The position numbers and the translations under genes are program-made. From assembly GCA_052390515.1 (NCBI GenBank), contig JBQTGV010000056.1:1-43240 (forward strand): a stretch of 43,240 nt of DNA, read 5' to 3'. This DNA comes from Candidatus Eiseniibacteriota bacterium (GTDB lineage Bacteria > ARS69). This document shows, in pieces, positions 37,339-43,240 of the stretch; position 1 is the stretch's first letter; each line of letters opens with the position of its first letter. Under the pieces are notes generated by a model. It was not told the DNA's origin. It worked only from the letters and a program-made list of their open reading frames with translations, and made no database searches.

Positions 37339-38217
37339 TCAGGCTCGCCGCCGGGCGGCAAGCGTCCGTGCGCGCATCGCGAGATCCGGACGTCCCCAGC
37401 CGGCCGCGAGCGCGTCGAAGGCCGGAGTCGGTCCGCGGTACTCGAGTTCGTCCACGGTCACGACCGGCTGGTCGGTCCGCAGGGTGGCCAGCGTGCGGAA
37501 GAGCGCTGCGTCGTCCCTTCGCTCGCGTAGCGTGGCGGCGAGCTTCGCTGCGCCTCGGGGCTTCACCTCCCAGTCGGCGTCCGAGTCCGGGATGCCCTCG
37601 AGCCGGCCGTAGCGGGCTAGCACGGTGCTCGCCGACTTGGCACCCCAGCCGGGGAGGCCCGGGTAGCCGTCCGCCGTGTCCCCCACCAGAGCGAGCCAGT
37701 CGGGAATGGAGGCGGGCGGGACGCCGAACTTCGCCCGGATCCCATCCGCGTCGCGCACCTCGCCGGAGCGCCGATCGACCTGCACGATCCGGCTCCCGCG
37801 CACGCACTGGGCGAGGTCCTTGTCCGGAGTGCAGACGAGGACCTGCTCGACGCGGGGATCGCGGTCCGTTGCCGCGGCGGCGGCGGCGAGCGCGTCGTCG
37901 GCTTCCACCTCCACCATGGGCCAGGTCGTGATCCCGACCGCGGCGAGAGCCTCTTCGAGCGGCACGAACTGGCTCCAGAGGACGGGGTCGATGCCTTCGC
38001 CCGTCTTGTAGCCGGGCCAGAGATCGTTCCGGAACGACTCGATGACGTGATCGGTCGCGACGCCCAGATGTGTGGCGCCTCCGGAGAGCAGACCCAGCAG
38101 GGACTGCACCACGCCGACGACCGCGCCGCGCTCCTCGCCGGAAGCGTCGGTGAGCGGAGCGCCCCCGTAGAAGTGGCGGAACAGCTCGTAGGTTCCGTCG
38201 ACGAGATGCACGCGCAT
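37339..38217 (-). CDS. 5'-3' exonuclease / flap endonuclease (PIN + H3TH, standalone Xni/FEN-like)
   Basis: Motifs LVDGTYELFR, SFRN..WPGYK, VEADD, PDKD and LALVGD.ADGYPGLPGWGAKSA. Confidence 0.92.
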   Translation of the reverse strand: MRVHLVDGTYELFRHFYGGAPLTDASGEERGAVVGVVQSLLGLLSGGATHLGVATDHVIESFRNDLWPGYKTGEGIDPVLWSQFVPLEEALAAVGITTWPMVEVEADDALAAAAAATDRDPRVEQVLVCTPDKDLAQCVRGSRIVQVDRRSGEVRDADGIRAKFGVPPASIPDWLALVGDTADGYPGLPGWGAKSASTVLARYGRLEGIPDSDADWEVKPRGAAKLAATLRERRDDAALFRTLATLRTDQPVVTVDELEYRGPTPAFDALAAGWGRPDLAMRARTLAARRRA

Positions 38218-38229
38218 GCGTCGCCCGCC

Positions 38230-38709
38230 TCAGTCGAACTCGTACTTCGGGTCCGGCGGCACCTGCTTCGCGCCGACCCGCCCCGCGGCGATGTCGGCCT
38301 GGTTGTAGCTCTCGCCGCGCACGGGAGAGCCGTGGAGCCGACGCATCATGGTGAGCTGACCCGTATGGGTCAGCGCGTCGGCGACCGGCCCCTGGAAGAG
38401 CCGCGTCGTCGCGTAGCGCAGGGGGCGGTCCGACGCGAGCGCGTCGTCGAAGGCCTTCAACGCGGCGAAGAACCGCGCGCACTCTTCGTTCCAGGGGAGC
38501 GGGGTCGAGGTGCGCCACCGGGGCGCACCGGAAGCCATGGAGACCGCCCAGTCGAAGAGATCGCCGAGGTGCGCGAGGGTCTCCGCCGCGGACCGCGACG
38601 AGGGGCCGGGGCGAAAGTCCGCGAATCCGGGTGGCGCATCTCGGAGGGCCTTCGCCGCACGGTAGGCGAGCGTGGCGACGGCGTGTCGCAGGAAGTCGCG
38701 ATCGTTCAT
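38230..38709 (-). CDS. DinB/YfiT-like helical protein
   Basis: GAGGTGAGG SD before ATG 38709. The ETLAHLGDL...DALTHTGQLTMMRR pattern is typical of DinB-like folds. Confidence 0.75.
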   Translation of the reverse strand: MNDRDFLRHAVATLAYRAAKALRDAPPGFADFRPGPSSRSAAETLAHLGDLFDWAVSMASGAPRWRTSTPLPWNEECARFFAALKAFDDALASDRPLRYATTRLFQGPVADALTHTGQLTMMRRLHGSPVRGESYNQADIAAGRVGAKQVPPDPKYEFD

Positions 38710-38843
38710 GTGCCTCACCTCCCCGTGGCCGGGGCCAGGGTACCTCGCCGCCGCCCGCCGTGCACGACCCCTTCGCGCTGCGGGGTGGACTCATCCCGCG
38801 GATGGCGTATCCTCCCGGCGAGTGGACCGACCCCGGGGGGAGC

Positions 38844-39416
38844 ATGAGGCCTTTCAACCCGCTCGGCCGCATCCTGCTGATCGCGCTCGCGTGCTGCGCC
38901 GTCGGATCGTGCGCGCGGCCCGCGCCGGCGCCGGTTTCCGAAGCAGAGCTCGCCCGCGCGCGCGCCGCGCTCGTACCCTTCAAGGCCGAGCTGCTGCGCG
39001 CGCTGATATCGGCGCTGGCCGAGGGCGGTCCCGAAGCCGCCATCGACGTATGTCGGGTTCGCGCCCCGGAGATCGCCGCGGCGGCCTCGGTCGACGGAGC
39101 CCGCATGGGGCGGACGGCCGTGCGCCTCAGGAACCGAGAAAACGCGCCGGAGCGCTGGGTCGAGCCGTTGCTCGCCGAGTACCAGGCGGCCGCGTCGGAC
39201 ACGACCTCCCGTGCCGTCCGGCTCGAGCATGGGCGGGTCGGATACGTCGAGCCGATCTACGTGAAGCCGCTCTGCCTGACCTGCCACGGCGAAGCGGTGG
39301 CGCCGGGGCTCCTGGCGACGATCCGCGAGGTCTATCCGGACGATCAGGCGACCGGATTCCGGGAGAACGACCTGCGGGGGGTGTTCTGGGTGGAACTTTC
39401 CGCGGAGGGATCCTGA
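38844..39416 (+). CDS. c-type cytochrome, DUF3365 / Tll0287-like family, probable lipoprotein
   Basis: Motifs AIDVC, RLRN.ENAP, YVEPI, CLTCHG (CxxCH) and YPDDQATGF..DLRG. Confidence 0.88.
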   Translation: MRPFNPLGRILLIALACCAVGSCARPAPAPVSEAELARARAALVPFKAELLRALISALAEGGPEAAIDVCRVRAPEIAAAASVDGARMGRTAVRLRNRENAPERWVEPLLAEYQAAASDTTSRAVRLEHGRVGYVEPIYVKPLCLTCHGEAVAPGLLATIREVYPDDQATGFRENDLRGVFWVELSAEGS

Positions 39417-39784
39417 TGGCGAAGGTCGGTGTGTGGATCGGGCTCGCGCTCACCATTCTCGGCGTCGGTACGTACTTCGCCACGGGGAGGCAGAGCGTGA
39501 CCGCGCTCATTCCCGCGTTCTTCGGCGTGCCGCTCGCCGCACTCGGCGTGATGGCCGGCGACGATCGCCGGCGCAAGATGGCGATGCACATCGCGGCGGC
39601 GCTCTCCCTGGTGGGCTTGCTGGGGAGCGCGCGCGGCATCCCTCAGGCCGTCGCGCTGGCCTCGGGCGCAGAGGTGGCCCGGCCCGCGGCCGCCTTGGCG
39701 CAGGCGGCGATGGCCGTCCTCTGTGCCGTCTTCCTCGGGCTCGCGGTTCGTTCCTTCGTGGCCGCGCGGCGGCGAGCCCGCTGA
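39416..39784 (+). CDS. Small integral membrane protein (about 4 TM)
   Basis: TGATG coupling with the upstream gene; hydrophobic helices; SVTALIPAFFG and MAMHIAA. Confidence 0.8.
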   Translation: MAKVGVWIGLALTILGVGTYFATGRQSVTALIPAFFGVPLAALGVMAGDDRRRKMAMHIAAALSLVGLLGSARGIPQAVALASGAEVARPAAALAQAAMAVLCAVFLGLAVRSFVAARRRAR

Positions 39785-39789
39785 GCTCG

Positions 39790-40557
39790 TCAGCCGCTGC
39801 GCTCGCGGTGCTGGATCTCCCAGGCCCGCGCGTAGACCGCGAACTTCACCATAGCGTGGATTACGGCGATCAGGAACCCGTGCACGCCGTCACGCCACGC
39901 CGATAGCACGAAGTACTTGCGGAGGAACGCGGCGAGCGGATGCGCGAGGATGTGCACCGCGCGGATGCGCCGCCGCCGGGCGCGCTCCGGAGCGATGAGC
40001 GCGGAGTAGCGCACCATGCGGTCGAATGACGCCGCCAGCGTGGGGTGCGTGTCGTGCTCGAGCGCGCCGGTGAGGTCCCGGATGCTGCCGTCCACGTGCA
40101 GCGACTCGTGCACCGGTCCGCCGCGCACGCTCGCCGCGGCTCGCCGCACGAGACGGAGCTGCCGGTCCGGCCACCACCCGCCGTGGCGGATCCACTTCCC
40201 CAGGAAGTAGTTGCGGCGGGGGACGCGCCACCCGTCGGCCCCGGTGCACTCGCCGCTCACCACGGACCGGATCTGCGCCGCGAGCTCGTCGGTGACGACC
40301 TCGTCGGCGTCCAGGCGGAAGACCCAATCGCCCCGCGTCTCCGCCAGGGCGCGCCGAAGCTGCACGGCGAAGTCTCCCGGCCAGGGATGCGTCTCGACGC
40401 GCGCCCCGGCCTCCCGCGCGAGCCTCGCGGTCGCGTCGGTGCTCTGCCCGTCGACGACGACGATCTCGTCGGCCCACCGCACCGAGGCGAGCGCTCCGGC
40501 GATGCGCGCTTCCTCGTTCAGGACGATCATGCAGACGGAGACCGACGGCGGCTTCAC
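39790..40557 (-). CDS. Glycosyltransferase family 2 (WaaE/KdtX-like beta-glucosyltransferase)
   Basis: GTG 40557 overlaps the kinase stop. Motifs NEEARI, WADEIVVVDGQSTD.T, DWVFRLDADE, HGGWWPD and VHE. Confidence 0.9.
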   Translation of the reverse strand: MKPPSVSVCMIVLNEEARIAGALASVRWADEIVVVDGQSTDATARLAREAGARVETHPWPGDFAVQLRRALAETRGDWVFRLDADEVVTDELAAQIRSVVSGECTGADGWRVPRRNYFLGKWIRHGGWWPDRQLRLVRRAAASVRGGPVHESLHVDGSIRDLTGALEHDTHPTLAASFDRMVRYSALIAPERARRRRIRAVHILAHPLAAFLRKYFVLSAWRDGVHGFLIAVIHAMVKFAVYARAWEIQHRERSG

Positions 40558-42170
40558 GGGCGCGAGAAGGCGGGCGCCGGAGCGGCCAGGCTCGGAAGGT
40601 GGATGCGCCACCAGCGCTCGGCGTGCTCCGCGGTCCACGCGCCGCACTCTCTCTCGAGGTCGGCGAGCCGGGCGGCGAGCTCCCGCGCGGACTTCGGGCG
40701 ATCGTCCGGGCGCTTCCTCAGGCAGTCGAGGATCAGCCGGTCCAGCGCGGCGGGGACTTCGAGCTCGGAGCGTGTCGACGGCGGCACCGGCTCGTCGTGC
40801 GCGTGCTGCAGCAGCATGGCCACGGGTGTCGCCGCCGGGAACACGAGGGTGCCGGTGAGCAGCCAGTAGCCGACGCAGCCGAGTGCGTAGAGGTCCGCGC
40901 GGCCGTCGACGGCGGCGGAGCCGGCGGCCAGCTCCGGCGCCATGAACGCGGGCGTCCCGCTCACCACGCCCTGCATGGTGAGCTGGGTGCGGTCCTCCTC
41001 GCGCGCGCCGGTGTCCTTGACCAGCCCGAAGTCGAGCACCTTCACGAAATCGTAGGCGCGTCCGCGCCGGCAGGTGAACAGGTTCGCCGGCTTGACGTCG
41101 CGGTGGATCAGCCCGCTCTCGTGCGCGTCGCCGAGCGAGTCGCAGGCCTGCCGCAGCAGATGCACGGCGCGCGCCGGCGGCACGGACCCGAAACGGTCGA
41201 CGAGAGACTTGAGGTCGAGTCCCTCGAGCAGCTCCATCACGCAGTAGAACGAGCCGCCGGTGATGCCGAAGTCGTAGATCTGGACCGTGTGCGGGGAGGT
41301 GAGCGCGGCGGTCGCCTGCGCCTCGCGGGCGAACCGGGCCACGAGCGTGCGGGAGGCGGAATCGCTTCTGTCCCCCAGCGCCTCCCGGCGGATCAGCTTG
41401 ATCGCTGCGGGACGCGCCAGCATGTGATGCTCGGCCTTCCAGACTTCGCCCATTCCGCCCGAGCCGATCTTCTCGGTGAGCCGGTAGCTGCCCATGCGGC
41501 GCGCCTCGGAGACGTCCTCGGCCATGCGGAACGCACGATGCGCGCAGTAGACGGCGATGCCCACGCAGATCAGCGTGGGGACGAGCACGATCCGGGCGAA
41601 GGAGTGAGTGTCGTCCATGGGCACGTCGCGAACGAGAGCCGACGAGTAGATGATGGCCGCGAGCGCGAGCACGCCGAGGAGAGCCCCGGTCGCGAACCTC
41701 CGTGGCGTGAGCACCACGATGGCCGGGTAGGTGATCAACCAGACTCCCACCCACGAGACGCCGATGAGGTCCTCGACGGTCGCGGCGAAATGCCGGTCCC
41801 AGGCCCAGTAGTTCCCCGCGATTCCGATCGTTCCCATCACCAGGAAGCCTTCCGCGGCACGGGCGAACGAGACCGGAGTGCAGCTCGTCGCGCGGCACCG
41901 GAACCCGGTGAGCAGGGCATAGGTGACCGACACGGCGGCCAGGATGAGGTCCTGCCGGGGGGGCGCGCACAGCCCGCCCTGCTTCTGCATGGCCAGGAAC
42001 CAGTAGTAGAGGAACGCCACGAAATAGGCGGTCGCATAGACGAACGCGAGCTGCGAGAGGCTCTTGTGCGCGGCCTCGCGGGTCGCCGTATCCAGCTTGG
42101 CGAAGCGCGAGCCGTTCGCTCCGTCGGGCGGGGCGTCTTGCTGCGTGTAGACGGTGACGTGGTCCTTCAC
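40554..42170 (-). CDS. Membrane-bound Ser/Thr protein kinase with an N-terminal multi-TM sensor-like domain
   Basis: About six hydrophobic helices, then IGSGGMGEVW, AIK, HRDVKPAN, DFGLVK, GTPAFMAPE and DLYALG. Start at GTG 42170 is tentative (the ORF is open to 42203). Confidence 0.9.
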   Translation of the reverse strand: MKDHVTVYTQQDAPPDGANGSRFAKLDTATREAAHKSLSQLAFVYATAYFVAFLYYWFLAMQKQGGLCAPPRQDLILAAVSVTYALLTGFRCRATSCTPVSFARAAEGFLVMGTIGIAGNYWAWDRHFAATVEDLIGVSWVGVWLITYPAIVVLTPRRFATGALLGVLALAAIIYSSALVRDVPMDDTHSFARIVLVPTLICVGIAVYCAHRAFRMAEDVSEARRMGSYRLTEKIGSGGMGEVWKAEHHMLARPAAIKLIRREALGDRSDSASRTLVARFAREAQATAALTSPHTVQIYDFGITGGSFYCVMELLEGLDLKSLVDRFGSVPPARAVHLLRQACDSLGDAHESGLIHRDVKPANLFTCRRGRAYDFVKVLDFGLVKDTGAREEDRTQLTMQGVVSGTPAFMAPELAAGSAAVDGRADLYALGCVGYWLLTGTLVFPAATPVAMLLQHAHDEPVPPSTRSELEVPAALDRLILDCLRKRPDDRPKSARELAARLADLERECGAWTAEHAERWWRIHLPSLAAPAPAFSRP

Positions 42171-42321
42171 TCGGGACACTGTACAGGATGATCCCGCGGG
42201 CATCGAGCCCGACCGGGGGCGGATGCCGGGACCATCCCCCTATCGGACGCGGAGCCGGCTGGAATCGACGGCGCCTTCCGCTGTAGTCTTCGGTGAATCT
42301 CCCCCCGACTCGGAGGCCCTC

Positions 42322-43230
42322 ATGCGCATCTCCCTCGGTCCGGTACGTTCCCTGCTCGCGCTGTCGTCTCTGGCTGCTTCGCCCGCACTCTCCCAGTGCC
42401 CCGAGCAGCCGCCCCTGCAGAACTACACCGGGGGCGGCAGCGTCGTGTGCCCCTGCTTCGCCATCGGGGAGGAGGCCGGCGTCGTCCTCACCGCGCCCGT
42501 CGCCCTGTACCCGATCGAGATCCTGCGCGTCGGGATCGGCTGGGCCTCGCAGATCGGCGGGGCTCCGCAGCAGCTCGAGCAGTCCATCAACCTCTACGCC
42601 GCCGGCCTTCCGAACCCGGGAGCGCCGATCTTCACCCTGCCCGGCCCGCAGCTCAGCGACGGGTTCATCAACGAGTTCAACATCGAGCCGATCACCGGCA
42701 ACAAGGTCATCAACTCGGGTGCCTTCACCGTCACGCTCGAGTTCCTGAACCCGAACGCGGGCGACATCTTCGCGCCGAGCGTCATCCACGACGGCAACGG
42801 CTGCCAGGCGGGGAAGAACGTCGTGTTCATTCCCCCCGGCAGCTGGTTCAACGCCTGCGCCCTCGGCGTGACCGGTGACTGGGTCTTTTACGTGATCTAC
42901 CGCGAGACGGATTGCGGGCTGGGCGTGGGCGAGGAGATGATCGCCTCGTCGTTGCCGGCGTTCCTGGCGAATCCGCAGCCGAATCCATTCCGCGGCGATA
43001 CGTCCGTCGAGTTCCTCCTGGATCGCGCGGAGCACGTCCAGATCCGGGTGCACGACGTGGCGGGTCGGCACGTCGCGTCCCTGGCCGACGGGACCCACGC
43101 CGCGGGCCGGCACACGTTGACCTGGAACGGCGCGCGGGACGACGGAACGCCGGAGGCTGCCGGCGTGTACTTCGTCACGATGGAGGCAGGGGAGTACCGA
43201 GCCACGCGCAAGGTCGTGCTGACCCGGTGA
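42322..43230 (+). CDS. Secreted Cys-containing hypothetical protein with FlgD-Ig/T9SS-like CTD
   Basis: GGAGG SD before ATG 42322; signal peptide; C-terminus PNPFRG..VHDVAGR..WNGARDDG..AAGVYFV..RKVVLTR. Confidence 0.87.
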   Translation: MRISLGPVRSLLALSSLAASPALSQCPEQPPLQNYTGGGSVVCPCFAIGEEAGVVLTAPVALYPIEILRVGIGWASQIGGAPQQLEQSINLYAAGLPNPGAPIFTLPGPQLSDGFINEFNIEPITGNKVINSGAFTVTLEFLNPNAGDIFAPSVIHDGNGCQAGKNVVFIPPGSWFNACALGVTGDWVFYVIYRETDCGLGVGEEMIASSLPAFLANPQPNPFRGDTSVEFLLDRAEHVQIRVHDVAGRHVASLADGTHAAGRHTLTWNGARDDGTPEAAGVYFVTMEAGEYRATRKVVLTR

Positions 43231-43240
43231 GCCGCCGGGC

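Noticed and set aside
39790-43113. Apparent 1107-aa ORF ending in GT2
   Set aside because: Only the last 255 aa are GT2. The rest overlaps the kinase and the 42322 gene in shadow frames.

Overview
A GC-rich (roughly 70% by eye), densely coding bacterial window with about 33 genes. I saw no rRNA, tRNA, CRISPR array or mobile element. Six secreted proteins end in an FlgD-Ig/T9SS type A-like C-terminal domain, and one more ends in a short '..SAWGWIKSMYR' tail. I infer from this an FCB-related candidate lineage such as Eisenbacteria, Krumholzibacteriota or Latescibacterota. The window holds two divergent RND efflux operons, two Hanks-type Ser/Thr kinases, an asnB-GT4-lipoprotein operon, a Ni/Co ECF transporter (cbiMQO-type), a cold-shock protein, a flap endonuclease, a c-type cytochrome and a GT2. 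The best leads are: (1) an efflux operon combining a substrate-binding-protein::TolC fusion with an RND pump that has a ~130-aa periplasmic insertion and an altered proton-relay motif; (2) a multi-helix structured leader upstream of a gene with a basic 'RMKKTGESYTAAR' N-terminus; (3) a putative WGxxK C-terminal sorting signal; (4) a 35-aa Lys-rich small ORF missed by the ORF track. Family assignments come from motif recognition only; no searches were run.
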